Source: Candidatus Taylorbacteria bacterium RIFCSPLOWO2_02_FULL_44_35 (GTDB lineage Bacteria; Patescibacteriota; Minisyncoccia; Phycocordibacterales; DSPV01). From it: a stretch of DNA of 44,933 nt. The notes below the pieces were generated by a model. It saw nothing but the letters and a program-made list of their open reading frames with translations. It searched no databases and was not told where the DNA came from. Of this stretch, positions 1-8,508 are shown piece by piece (position 1 is the stretch's first letter; the number at the start of each line of letters is the position of its first letter). The stretch lies in NCBI GenBank assembly GCA_001822695.1, contig MHSF01000021.1, positions 993 through 45,925 of the forward strand. Reading direction: 5' to 3'. The translations under genes and the position numbers were made by a program.

Positions 1-475
1 CTCCTTCCTGCAATACGATAACATCCCCTGGCATTACCACGGTATCTGGGACTATAAGTTCTTTTCCATCTCGCAATACAGTTGCCGAAGTTTCGGCAAA
101 CTTTTTCAAAGCAAGTAGGGTATTTTGCGCCTTGCCCTCCTGAATTGTTCCTACAATCGCATTAAAAAGAAGCACCGCAAAGATAATCGAAGCGTCAATA
201 ACTTCTCCCATCGCAAAAACAATACCTGCCGCGGCAAAGAGAATATAAATCAGTGGACTTTGAAATTGCCGCAAAAAAATAAGGAGCAGGCTGTCTACTT
301 TCCCTTCGGGAAGTTTATTGAATCCGTATTCTTGAAAACGCTTGACCGCTTCTTCTTTTGTTAAACCGCGTTCATGAGAATGGAGCAAATCAAGAACCTC
401 GGGGACTGTTTTTGTATGCCACCCCACCTGCGCCGAGGCTTCGGCGGGCAGGGAAATTTGTTGCATTATTGCCAT
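1..475 (-). CDS. P-type (E1-E2) cation-transporting ATPase, N-terminal part; the gene runs off the window edge
   Basis: Open minus-strand frame from ATG at 475 to position 1; it is open-ended, so it is absent from the ORF track. My translation is MAIMQQISLPAEASAQVGWHTKTVPEVLDLLHSHERGLTKEEAVKRFQEYGFNKLPEGK...TVLRDGKELIVPDTVVMPGDVIVLQEG, the conserved N-terminal/actuator region of P-type II ATPases. Confidence 0.85.
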   Translation of the reverse strand, partial: MAIMQQISLPAEASAQVGWHTKTVPEVLDLLHSHERGLTKEEAVKRFQEYGFNKLPEGKVDSLLLIFLRQFQSPLIYILFAAAGIVFAMGEVIDASIIFAVLLFNAIVGTIQEGKAQNTLLALKKFAETSATVLRDGKELIVPDTVVMPGDVIVLQEG

Positions 476-479
476 AGAA

Positions 480-683
480 TTATTTGATCAGATCCTCAAT
501 TGCGACATTAAGAGCTTTAGCAATTTTACTCACCACAAAAACCGACGGCTTTTTAATAACACTTGTTTCAATCTTGGTAAGTGTTGTATAAGCCACATCC
601 GCCTTACGAGCAAAATCGTCTTGGGAAAGCCCTATTTTTTGTCGCAATTTCCTTATTCTTTGTCCTAGTTGATTACTTTCCAT
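480..683 (-). CDS. XRE-family helix-turn-helix transcriptional regulator
   Basis: 67 aa. LGQRIRKLRQKIGLSQDDFARKADVAYTTLTKIE is a canonical Cro/XRE HTH. Its stop lies 4 nt upstream of the ATPase ATG, so the two are probably co-transcribed. Confidence 0.85.
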   Translation of the reverse strand: MESNQLGQRIRKLRQKIGLSQDDFARKADVAYTTLTKIETSVIKKPSVFVVSKIAKALNVAIEDLIK

Positions 684-851
684 ATATTGATAACATATAA
701 CTGTTGCTTATTTTCGGACGCAGTATTATACTAACAGATATGAGGACTTTTTTCAAAGTTATCGTTACAAATAATCCCGCCCGAATACTTGGGGGGCTGA
801 TTCATTCGTTCAGTTTCCGCTCGAAAAAAGTTCGCGCAAAGGCTACTATTT

Positions 852-1179
852 CACCGCCAATTGGGAAAATGCAAATTTGAAGAGGTCAGCTCGCGGCGCG
901 TTTCGCGCCGCGAGGTTGAGCTTTTTTTCTTGCAAAATTCCAATTGGCGGTGTTTTTTGATTGATGTTCGAACTTTTTTTGAGCAAAACCCCCAATAAGG
1001 AAGCCAGCCCCGCCACTGCTCGACAAGCTCGCCACCCCGCAAAAAAGTTTTCTTCACAATTTTTTATTTGCGCGCGCCGATTTTTTTCTTCTAAAAGGAA
1101 AAGAAAACTTTTGTGCGGGGTTCTGCTCTGAACGAGCAGGACGGCGGGGCTTCGGAAATTCAAAACAAGGCGGCTGAAA
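852..1179 (+). repeat. Left copy of a ~330-bp diverged inverted repeat; it begins with the last 8 nt of tRNA-Ser (caccgcca)
   Basis: 852-915 is identical to the reverse complement of 2791-2854 (64 nt). 1143-1179 is identical to the reverse complement of 2522-2558 (37 nt). The interior aligns by eye at lower identity. It contains a perfect hairpin ctcgcggcgcg-ttt-cgcgccgcgag. Confidence 0.85.
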
Positions 1180-1181
1180 AT

Positions 1182-2453
1182 TTATTCTCTAGTACCTTTA
1201 TAACCCTTGGGTACCAAGGTTATCAATCCAATTTTTCCCTTTCCATCAGACTTGTTCAGAGTCTTAACATTATCACTAAAATCATGACTTGTTCCGTAGA
1301 GCATAGGTATTACACCATGCTCCACTTTTTGCTCCGATGTCGCACCCTTGATAAGCTCAACAGCAAAGTTTTCTCTAGCGTCCAACACTTTTTCTCTATG
1401 AAGTTGTGCATTGATTATATTATATTGCATCGCAACCTCTCCATATTCCGCACTAGCTTCTTTCGATCCTTTGTTTGCCAATTCCGCTAATTTGCCAAGT
1501 TTATCGGCAAGTGGAGATAGGACCGCTTCTCCTTTTCTGATTTCGTCTCTTATTGCCGATGATTCAACGGGAGCAATTTTATATTCACCATCGATAAATG
1601 TTTTCATCGCCGCCCCCTCTTTTATCATTCGCTCGCCGACGGATTGCATATCAAATGAACCGAGTTTTTGCCTGCAAATATTTTGGAGTGCAGAAAGTTG
1701 ATCGTTGCTTATCGAGATATTATTTCGAGAAAGTTCAGAGAGTTTTTTTGACACTAGATACTCAAAAGAAGTTCTGGCATCTCTCGGTAGTTCATTTTGT
1801 GCCGGCAAACCGCTGATGATGTCAGTCAATTTTTTAACTGCTCCTTCGTTGGTTTCGACCGATATAATTTTGTTCCTCTCTGAAGAAACAAATTCGAGAA
1901 ATCCAGCACTTTGTTCGTCATATCCCTCTGTAAATACGACAGACGCAACGGCACCTTTTTCTTTAAGGGAGAGCAATAATTGTTCAGCATCCTTATTGCC
2001 TTTCACAATAACATCGTGCGCCAGCATATTCAGCAACTCGGCCGAGGGAGTATTTGCAGTAAAAGAGTGCGTATATCCGATATGTGCTATATATGGACCA
2101 TTACCATTAGGCACATCGACTTTTAGATCAAATCCAGCTTTTTCTGCTTTTTCTTGTAGACCGCTTTTCAAAACATATTCTATGGTCTCCTGCTCCTCTG
2201 TGTGTTCTTCGTATTTTTCATAAATCATTTTGCCACCAAAAGTAAGCACCGCACCGGCTAACAAAATTCTTAAATACTTTTTTGCTCGATCGAGAGAATT
2301 TTTTGTTTTGCTACCAGGTTCTCTATCAAAACGAGCCATTTCCTCTTGATGTTCAAGAAGTTCTTTTGGTAAGTCTGCTTCTGGCTTTGTTAGCTCGTTA
2401 CCCCCAATTTTAGGCTCATTTTCTTCGGGGTTGTGAGTTGGAAATTTTTCCAT
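1182..2453 (-). CDS. Hypothetical membrane-anchored protein (423 aa); possibly a TraB/GumN/Tiki-like fold
   Basis: Long ORF with one predicted TM helix (YLRILLAGAVLTFGG). Two G-x-x-H-like motifs (HIGYTHSF, LYGTSHDF) weakly recall the TraB/GumN family. No confident family assignment. Confidence 0.6.
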   Translation of the reverse strand: MEKFPTHNPEENEPKIGGNELTKPEADLPKELLEHQEEMARFDREPGSKTKNSLDRAKKYLRILLAGAVLTFGGKMIYEKYEEHTEEQETIEYVLKSGLQEKAEKAGFDLKVDVPNGNGPYIAHIGYTHSFTANTPSAELLNMLAHDVIVKGNKDAEQLLLSLKEKGAVASVVFTEGYDEQSAGFLEFVSSERNKIISVETNEGAVKKLTDIISGLPAQNELPRDARTSFEYLVSKKLSELSRNNISISNDQLSALQNICRQKLGSFDMQSVGERMIKEGAAMKTFIDGEYKIAPVESSAIRDEIRKGEAVLSPLADKLGKLAELANKGSKEASAEYGEVAMQYNIINAQLHREKVLDARENFAVELIKGATSEQKVEHGVIPMLYGTSHDFSDNVKTLNKSDGKGKIGLITLVPKGYKGTRE

Positions 2454-2521
2454 GATGTAATATTAGCAAAAATTACAATTTAAATAAATGGGAGTTGTAA
2501 TAATTTTTAGACTTTCAATTA

Positions 2522-2854
2522 TTTCAGCCGCCTTGTTTTGAATTTCCGAAGCCCCGCCGCCTGCCGAACATTCTCGGCAGAGACCCGCAGAAAAATGTTC
2601 TCTTCCATTTAGAAGAAAAAATCTGGCGCGCGCAAAATCAGAAATAGCGGAGAACATTTTTCTGCGGGGCACGCGAGCGGAGCGAGCGGCGGCGGGGCGG
2701 TTCAGTCCTCGTCCGGATGTTCGTCAAAGTAGGTTCGGATTTTAACCAAAAGGTACCGCCAGTCAGGATTTCGCAAGTGTAAAGAAGATGCCTCGCGGCG
2801 CGAAACGCGCCGCGAGCTGACCTCTTCAAATTTGCATTTTCCCAATTGGCGGTG
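2522..2854 (-). repeat. Right copy of the ~330-bp inverted repeat, contiguous with the real tRNA-Ser 3' end
   Basis: Reverse complement matches 852-1179 (blocks 2791-2854 and 2522-2558 identical). Track ORFs 2463..2672 and 2638..2874 lie entirely in this repeat and look spurious. Confidence 0.85.
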
Positions 2855-2936
2855 GGGGTGAGATTCGAACTCACGACACCCTTTCGGATGTGACGGTTTT
2901 CAGGACCGTTCCGTTAGACCGCTCCGGCACCCCACC
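2847..2936 (-). tRNA. tRNA-Ser (anticodon UGA), class II with long variable arm and encoded CCA; unusual C at position 33
   Basis: Reverse complement folds as GGTGGGG/CCCCACC acceptor, 3-bp D stem, ACGGT/ACCGT anticodon stem, loop CCUGAAA, variable arm CATCC-GAAA-GGGTG, T arm GTGAG-TTCGAAT-CTCAC, then G-CCA. Confidence 0.8.
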
Positions 2937-2997
2937 AATTTTAAAGTCATCATACCATAAATTTTACATTTTACATTTTTCGTTTTACTCTTGCGTT

Positions 2998-3429
2998 ATG
3001 AGATATTTGGGTATTGATTATGGGATGAAACGAGTGGGCGTGGCGCTCAGCGACGAAACCGGCGAGTTTGCTCTGCCGTTCTCGGTTTTGCCGAACGGTG
3101 GAGGACTTTTGACCGCTATGGCGGGAATTTGCCGCGATAAAAATATCGGGGCGATTGTTTTGGGTGAATCCAAAAATTTCGCCGGTGAAGATAATCCGCT
3201 CCAGGAAAAAATTAATCAATTCAAAAAAGCGCTGGAGCAGACAACTGGCTTGCCGGTGAAACTGGAGCCGGAATTTTTTACCAGCGCCGAAGCGGCGCGG
3301 CTTCAACTCCGATACCCCGACGGCCGTCGGAGGGCAAACAAAATGTTAGATGCCTCGGCCGCCGCCCTAATTCTTAAAAGTTTTTTGGATAAGTTTTCGC
3401 AAAAAAAGCCACCGGTGAAAGTGGCTTGA
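2998..3429 (+). CDS. ruvX: Holliday-junction resolvase-like / pre-16S rRNA nuclease RuvX (YqgF)
   Basis: MRYLGIDYGMKRVGVALSDE... is the YqgF N-terminal signature. I chose the internal ATG at 2998 rather than the track start at 2890, which overlaps the tRNA. Confidence 0.85.
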   Translation: MRYLGIDYGMKRVGVALSDETGEFALPFSVLPNGGGLLTAMAGICRDKNIGAIVLGESKNFAGEDNPLQEKINQFKKALEQTTGLPVKLEPEFFTSAEAARLQLRYPDGRRRANKMLDASAAALILKSFLDKFSQKKPPVKVA

Positions 3430-3445
3430 TTGAAGAGGAAAGCGA

Positions 3446-3826
3446 TTAGGCCGCAATGGCGAATCGCCGTTCCTCGTGTCTGCCGTCTGGTTCATATCCG
3501 GTGATGAATTCCGGATATAAAGACGCCACTACTTCTGTGGCAGTCGGCATTTTACTGCCGAGAGCGCCGAGAGCAATGACGAATTCAAACTTTCCGATGA
3601 CCGGAGGCTTGCTGTAACAATTCTGTCTGATCAAAGAGCAAGTGAGGTGGAATGGGTCCACCAAGCCCAACTCCCAACACCGGCGTTCATCATCATCCCT
3701 GTTGATGATTGTGTGGTGTTTGATGAACTCTTCCAGTTCTCGGGCAAATCTTTGGAACTTTTCGAGTGGGCCGCGAACGGCCTCTCTTTGAAGTTCGGTT
3801 ATCTCAATAACGGCGGTACTTTTCAT
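3446..3826 (-). CDS. Hypothetical protein (126 aa)
   Basis: Intact ORF filling the ruvX-dedA gap. No recognisable motif. By eye it is somewhat more G+C-rich than its neighbours. Confidence 0.5.
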   Translation of the reverse strand: MKSTAVIEITELQREAVRGPLEKFQRFARELEEFIKHHTIINRDDDERRCWELGLVDPFHLTCSLIRQNCYSKPPVIGKFEFVIALGALGSKMPTATEVVASLYPEFITGYEPDGRHEERRFAIAA

Positions 3827-3930
3827 AAGACCTTTCTGTTGTCCTAACTAATTCAATGTATAGCAAATCCACTTTCAAATGTCAATGGTGCATTGGGGAT
3901 AATAAATGGTGTGATATGATACAAAGTCAA

Positions 3931-4521
3931 ATGACCTTTTTTGAATTTTTGGAGCCAATGTTTTTGATAAAAGCCGCTGGTTTAATCGGCGTAATCATCA
4001 TTGTTTTTGCCGAATCGGGTTTGTTTTTCGGTTTTTTCTTTCCTGGTGATTCATTGCTTTTTACTGCCGGTTTTTTGGCGTCGCAGGGAATTTTGCCGAT
4101 TGGTTGGCTAACGCTGGGTTGTTTTTTCGCCGCAGTCGCCGGCGATTCGGTTGGTTATGCTTTTGGCAAGGCGGTCGGCGAAAAGTTTTTTACCCGTGAT
4201 GATTCTTTCTTTTTCAAAAAACGCTATGCCGAGAAGGCGCGGCTCTTTTACGAAAAACGCGGCGCGCCGGCGATTTTTTTGGCACGCTTTGTTCCGATTG
4301 TCAGAACTTTCGCGCCGATTGCCGCCGGTATCGGTTTGATGAAGTATCGGACTTTTATTGTTTTCAACGTGGCCGGCGGTCTGGTTTGGTCTTTCGGCTT
4401 TATTCTCACCGGCTATTTTCTGGGCCGGACGGTGCCGGGTATTGACCAGTATATTTTGCCGATTGTTTTGCTGATAATCATTATTTCAGTTCTACCCGGA
4501 CTCTTTCGCCTCCGCCGTTGA
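3931..4521 (+). CDS. dedA: DedA/SNARE-associated family membrane protein
   Basis: FAESGLFFGFFFPGDSLLFTAGFLA and FLARFVPIVRTFAPIAAG are DedA signatures. The start is uncertain (3856, 3916 or 3931). I favour 3931 because TGaTATGAT at 3912-3920 sits 10 nt upstream. Confidence 0.8.
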   Translation: MTFFEFLEPMFLIKAAGLIGVIIIVFAESGLFFGFFFPGDSLLFTAGFLASQGILPIGWLTLGCFFAAVAGDSVGYAFGKAVGEKFFTRDDSFFFKKRYAEKARLFYEKRGAPAIFLARFVPIVRTFAPIAAGIGLMKYRTFIVFNVAGGLVWSFGFILTGYFLGRTVPGIDQYILPIVLLIIIISVLPGLFRLRR

Positions 4522-4524
4522 AAG

Positions 4525-5598
4525 TTGTATAATAAACAGGTGATTGGGAACGGATTTTTAAAATATTTTCCGACGCCGCGTTTTTTGGCCCAGCCGGCCG
4601 TCGGTTTGGCGATTTCCGACCAAGCCGTTAGGTTTGTTTTACTCAAGCATTTTGACGATGGTGGTTTGAAGCCGATTATTTACGGGGAACGGCTACTGCC
4701 GGCCGGCGCTCTTTTGGGTGGTGATATCGCCAGAGCCAAAGAAATTATTGAAATCCTCAAAGAGTTGAAAAAGGGTTGGCCAACCCCTTATGTGGCGGTT
4801 TCCGTACCGGAAGAGAAAGCTTTTTTGTTTAAGACCGAAGTGCCAATGATGGCTGAAAAATATATCCGCGGCAATTTGGATTTGCATTTGGAAGAATTCG
4901 TGCCGATTGCCTCCCACGAGGCGGTATTTGATTTTGAATTAATCGGGCCGTCAAAAATTAAAACCGACTCGTTGGATATTGGAGTAGCGGTTTTGTCGCA
5001 GAAAATCGTTTCTCATTTTGTTGGTGTTTTGGAAGTCGCCGGTATCAAACCGCTCTCTTTGGAAGTTGAACCGCAAGCGGTGGCTCGTTCACTTATTCGT
5101 CAGGGCGACCAGAGGACGGTCTTAATCATCAATTTCGGCGGCGTTTCCACCGGTTTGGCAATTGTTGGTCACAATGTCGTCCAATACAGTTCCACTTTGA
5201 ATATCGGCGGCAACACCTTCTCTTCCGCCTTAAGAAAATCAATCACAACGACCGACAAGGAAGCCGACGGCAATATCGAAAAGTTTTCTTCCTTGCTCGG
5301 CACGCTTTCCGTGTTACGCGACGAGATCAATCGGCTGTTGGTTTATTGGAGAGAGCACCGAGTGTTGGCCGATGGTGGCACCGGAAACAAAATCGAATTG
5401 ATAATTCTTTGCGGTCGCGATTCAAGCATCAACGGTTTCAGGGAATATATTAGCGCTAGTGTTAATTTGCCAGTAACAGTGGGCAATGTTTGGGCTAACA
5501 CTTTTTCTTTTGACGATTATGTGCCGTCGATTCAATTTAGTGATTCTTTGGGTTATGCCGCCGCCATCGGTCTGGCTCTGCGCCGTCCCAGCGCTTAA
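4525..5598 (+). CDS. pilM: Type IV pilus assembly protein PilM (actin-like ATPase fold)
   Basis: 357 aa with PilM-like layout (GLAISDQAVRFVLLK..., LSLEVEPQAVARSL, INFGGVSTGLAIV), followed by pilN/pilO-like genes. The track start is TTG; GTG at 4539 is an alternative. Confidence 0.75.
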   Translation: MYNKQVIGNGFLKYFPTPRFLAQPAVGLAISDQAVRFVLLKHFDDGGLKPIIYGERLLPAGALLGGDIARAKEIIEILKELKKGWPTPYVAVSVPEEKAFLFKTEVPMMAEKYIRGNLDLHLEEFVPIASHEAVFDFELIGPSKIKTDSLDIGVAVLSQKIVSHFVGVLEVAGIKPLSLEVEPQAVARSLIRQGDQRTVLIINFGGVSTGLAIVGHNVVQYSSTLNIGGNTFSSALRKSITTTDKEADGNIEKFSSLLGTLSVLRDEINRLLVYWREHRVLADGGTGNKIELIILCGRDSSINGFREYISASVNLPVTVGNVWANTFSFDDYVPSIQFSDSLGYAAAIGLALRRPSA

Positions 5599-5606
5599 AT
5601 TTTTTT

Positions 5607-6152
5607 ATGAACCTCTTGCCGCCAAAAGAAAAAATAGAAAACCAGCGTAATTACTTTTATCGCTTTTTGGCTGGTTTAACCGGTGCGGTCTTGGCGAGTT
5701 TGCTTCTTGGTTGCGGTTTGCTTTTACCATCATATATTTTGATCAAGGCCAAGCAAGCGGAGCTTAAGGCAAATTTGGTTTCGCTTAAAAATTTGCGCCA
5801 AGCGGACGGCGGCGAAAAGGTTTATAAAATTTTGGAGGCAGCGGACCAAAGGGTTGATTTTTTATTATTCCAACCGGCTCCGTCTTTAACGGCGGCGGTA
5901 AAAGAAATTTTAGTTCGCCGGCCGGCCGGCGTGAAAATCACTGGTTTGACTTATCATCCGCAAGCGGACGCCGCCGGTCGGTCGGTGGCGATGGCTTTGA
6001 CCGGCGTCGCCGCCAGTCGGGAAGCGATTGTCGCTTTTGTTAAAGAACTTCAAACCGAGCCGTCTTTTTCCAGTATCAATGTGCCGGTGTCTAGTTTTGC
6101 CAAAGGCCGGAATATAGAGTTTTCTTTAACCTTAGTCCAAAATGAAAAATAA
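5607..6152 (+). CDS. pilN: PilN-like pilus assembly protein
   Basis: N-terminal MNLLPPKEK (the 'NLLP' motif) followed by a single TM helix, immediately after pilM. Confidence 0.65.
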   Translation: MNLLPPKEKIENQRNYFYRFLAGLTGAVLASLLLGCGLLLPSYILIKAKQAELKANLVSLKNLRQADGGEKVYKILEAADQRVDFLLFQPAPSLTAAVKEILVRRPAGVKITGLTYHPQADAAGRSVAMALTGVAASREAIVAFVKELQTEPSFSSINVPVSSFAKGRNIEFSLTLVQNEK

Positions 6153-6666
6153 CCGCTCAAAAATTTTTCTGTTTGTTTTGGTCGCCGCCGCGGCGGTGAC
6201 TGCCGCGGCGGCTTATGTCTGGTTCTGGCGTTCGGCCAGCGCGGCCAATGACGAAACCTCCTATATCCGTGGCGACATTGAATCACAACTTAAAAAAAAT
6301 GAAATCACCGGCGCTTTGGAAAAGTTGGTCAATGATACCGAAACTGCCCGTCGGCAAATTGACTCTTATTTCGTCGGCGCCGACCAGACCGTTGACTTTG
6401 TAGAATACTTGGAATCATTGGCGCGCGCCGCCGGTGTTAATTTTACAATTGTCTCGTTGGGGGTCGATCAGGCCAAAGACGATTTCAAGGACCAAATCAT
6501 TTTGCGCGGCGAAGTGACTGGTAACTGGTCGCCGACGATGAATTTTTTGTCGTTTCTGGAAAACGCGCCCTACCGGTTGGACTTGGCGGATGTGGCCATC
6601 ACCAAACCGGAGAAAGTTGATTGGGAAACGAAAATTTTAATCAAGGCGTTTCAGCTTAAAAAATAA
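6142..6666 (+). CDS. pilO: PilO-like pilus assembly protein
   Basis: Single N-terminal TM helix plus a coiled-coil region. It overlaps the pilN stop by 11 nt. Assignment rests on position and architecture only. Confidence 0.5.
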   Translation: MKNNRSKIFLFVLVAAAAVTAAAAYVWFWRSASAANDETSYIRGDIESQLKKNEITGALEKLVNDTETARRQIDSYFVGADQTVDFVEYLESLARAAGVNFTIVSLGVDQAKDDFKDQIILRGEVTGNWSPTMNFLSFLENAPYRLDLADVAITKPEKVDWETKILIKAFQLKK

Positions 6667-6669
6667 TTT

Positions 6670-6999
6670 TTGCTTATGAATTTTTTCGGAAAAATTTTGA
6701 AAAAATATCGGCTGTTATGGGAAAACCGTTATCATTTTGGCAATGACAGCGCCGCTGATTGGTTGGTGATTGTCTCGGTTTTTGCTGTCTTGTCGATAGT
6801 TTTTATCGCGTTGGCTTTTTACCAGTTTTCCAGTTACCGGAAAGGTAACACAGCGAAACGTTTAGTAGTAGCAACTTCCACCGCTGTTTTGTTTGACCGG
6901 GCCAAGCTTGATGCGACGGTGGAATATTTCGCCGAGCGAAAACAAAAGTTCAATGAAATCAAAACCACCAAGCCGCGCTTCGCCGACCCGTCAAAATAA
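6670..6999 (+). CDS. Small membrane protein (109 aa), last gene of the pilMNO cluster
   Basis: One TM helix (WLVIVSVFAVLSIVFIALAFY), tightly spaced after pilO. No family recognised. Confidence 0.5.
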   Translation: MLMNFFGKILKKYRLLWENRYHFGNDSAADWLVIVSVFAVLSIVFIALAFYQFSSYRKGNTAKRLVVATSTAVLFDRAKLDATVEYFAERKQKFNEIKTTKPRFADPSK

Positions 7000-7003
7000 T
7001 TAA

Positions 7004-7150
7004 CGACTGATTAATCCAGCCCTTGTTCTTGCCCAGGAATACGAAACGCTTGAGTGCTCGCGGAAGATTGAACGGAAATTGAAAAAGTTAAAGAGGAAGG
7101 ATTATATTGAGAAAATGGTCAAAGACGGTTATATTAAAATGACCCCCTCG
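7004..7150 (+). pseudogene. Possible 3' remnant of a small GIY-YIG (URI-domain) nuclease gene
   Basis: Start-less open frame ...NPALVLAQEYETLECSRKIERKLKKLKRKDYIEKMVKDGYIKMTPS*. It resembles the C-terminal 'yyE-f..eA..rE..lKk' end of small GIY-YIG proteins. Its stop lies inside the tRNA-Arg 5' end. Confidence 0.3.
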
Positions 7151-7215
7151 TAGTTCAATGGATAGAACCGCGGACTTCTAAACCGCTGATGGGTGTTCAA
7201 TTCACCCCGAGGGGA
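7144..7215 (+). tRNA. tRNA-Arg (anticodon UCU)
   Basis: CCCCTCG/CGAGGGG acceptor, GTTC/GAAC D stem, anticodon loop CTTCTAA (A31-A39 mismatch), T arm GGGTG-TTCAATT-CACCC, discriminator A, no encoded CCA. Confidence 0.8.
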
Positions 7216-7294
7216 CAATAAAAAGGTTTAATCATATGAATTTAGAAAAACCAAATTCTGATAACAAACCCTTTTTAATGGTGAATAAGATTTT

Positions 7295-7368
7295 GGGCGA
7301 TTAGCTCAGTTGGCTAGAGCGTTCGATTTACACTCGAAAGGTCGCAGGTTCAAGCCCTGCATCGCCCA
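7295..7368 (+). tRNA. tRNA-Val (anticodon UAC)
   Basis: GGGCGAT/ATCGCCC acceptor, GCTC-AGTTGGCTA-GAGC D arm, TTCGA-TTTACAC-TCGAA anticodon arm, GCAGG-TTCAAGC-CCTGC T arm. Confidence 0.9.
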
Positions 7369-7470
7369 CAACACAGGACTACGCAATTTTGGAGAAGCGG
7401 AAATGCGGAGAGAAGTGTTGCGCTTAGAGTTAGAACTGGGGCTTGGTTAATTTTTTATGAATTTGGTATA

Positions 7471-7950
7471 ATGTCTAGCATGAGTATTTACTTCTACGTG
7501 ATAATAACGATTACGGCCTTCGGCGGATTATCAATCGCCAATTTGATTCACCGCAAGAAAAAATACGGCCACCCGTTGATTTGCCCTATTGGCGCTGATT
7601 GTGACCCGGTAATTTACAGCAAATATTCTCAACTTTTTCGTATTCCTTTAGAGACCGTCGGCGCGATTTATTACACCATTATCGTCCTAACCTACGGCGC
7701 TTTCCAAGTTGCGCCAGGCCTGCATTCGCCCGGCGCGGCGCTGGTGCTGCTCGAACTCACCACTGTCGCCCTGCTTTTTTCAATTTACCTGACCGGTATC
7801 CAAGCTTTCGTTTTGAAACAATGGTGTACTTGGTGTCTTTTTTCGGCTGCCATTTGCCTCATCGTCTTCTTAATTGAATTCCAATTTGCCGGCTTTTTTG
7901 ATATTGTAAAAGTCGCCAAACAATTATTGGCAATCACACTAGAAATCTAA
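7471..7950 (+). CDS. Vitamin K epoxide reductase (VKOR) family membrane protein
   Basis: Four-TM protein with the cysteine pairs CPIGADCD and WCTWCLFSA typical of bacterial VKOR homologues. The real start may be the second ATG at 7480. Confidence 0.75.
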   Translation: MSSMSIYFYVIITITAFGGLSIANLIHRKKKYGHPLICPIGADCDPVIYSKYSQLFRIPLETVGAIYYTIIVLTYGAFQVAPGLHSPGAALVLLELTTVALLFSIYLTGIQAFVLKQWCTWCLFSAAICLIVFLIEFQFAGFFDIVKVAKQLLAITLEI

Positions 7951-8002
7951 TGGGGTTGAGCGTTATTTGTTAAAATTAAACATTGGTTAAATTTCTAACG
8001 GG

Positions 8003-8470
8003 ATGGAAACCAAAAAAACTATCGCCTGGCAAACTCTTGAATATCAACTGCGCGCCCGCAGCGGCGATTGGTTTTGGGCTATCGGCATTGTCGCTGTTTC
8101 ACTTGCTATTACCGCCATCCTGTTCAAAAATTTTTTGTTCGGCATTCTGATAATTATCGCCGCTTTCGCTTTGATTCTCCAAGCGGTCAGAAAACCCCGG
8201 CTTATTCAGTTTACCATCAAACAAACCGCCGTCGTTGCCGGCCAAGTGGTTTATCCTTTTTCATCATTGGAATCTTTTTGGCTTGATGAAACAAATCCCG
8301 CCGATGTTCGGCTGCTCCTGAAATCAAAAAACCTTACGGCGATGCTAATTGTCATTCCGCTCGGCGATACCGAGTCGCAAACAGTCAAAGATTTTCTTGC
8401 TCAATATATCAACGAGGAAGAACTCCACGAGCCCTTGGCCCAAAAAATTATGGAAGCGTTGGGTTTTTGA
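8003..8470 (+). CDS. Hypothetical membrane protein (155 aa)
   Basis: Two adjacent TM helices (WFWAIGIVAVSLAITAILF / LFGILIIIAAFALILQA). No family recognised. Confidence 0.55.
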   Translation: METKKTIAWQTLEYQLRARSGDWFWAIGIVAVSLAITAILFKNFLFGILIIIAAFALILQAVRKPRLIQFTIKQTAVVAGQVVYPFSSLESFWLDETNPADVRLLLKSKNLTAMLIVIPLGDTESQTVKDFLAQYINEEELHEPLAQKIMEALGF

Positions 8471-8508
8471 CGAATTAGTTTTTAGCTGATAGCTTTTAGC
8501 TGTTAGGA

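Noticed and set aside
846-1163. Track ORFs 846..1163, 851..1057, 2463..2672 and 2638..2874
   Set aside because: They lie wholly within the two arms of the inverted repeat and overlap the tRNA-Ser and its hairpin. The arms are diverging in a way that does not preserve a reading frame.
1411-2223. Track ORFs 1411..1701, 1598..1816 and 1705..2223 on the plus strand
   Set aside because: They lie entirely antisense to the longer 423-aa ORF (1182..2453) and have low-complexity, Ser/Phe-rich composition, so they are shadow frames.
852-2936. Classical integrative element at tRNA-Ser
   Set aside because: The duplicated tRNA 3' end is in inverted rather than direct orientation. No integrase, recombinase or excisionase is present between or beside the repeats.
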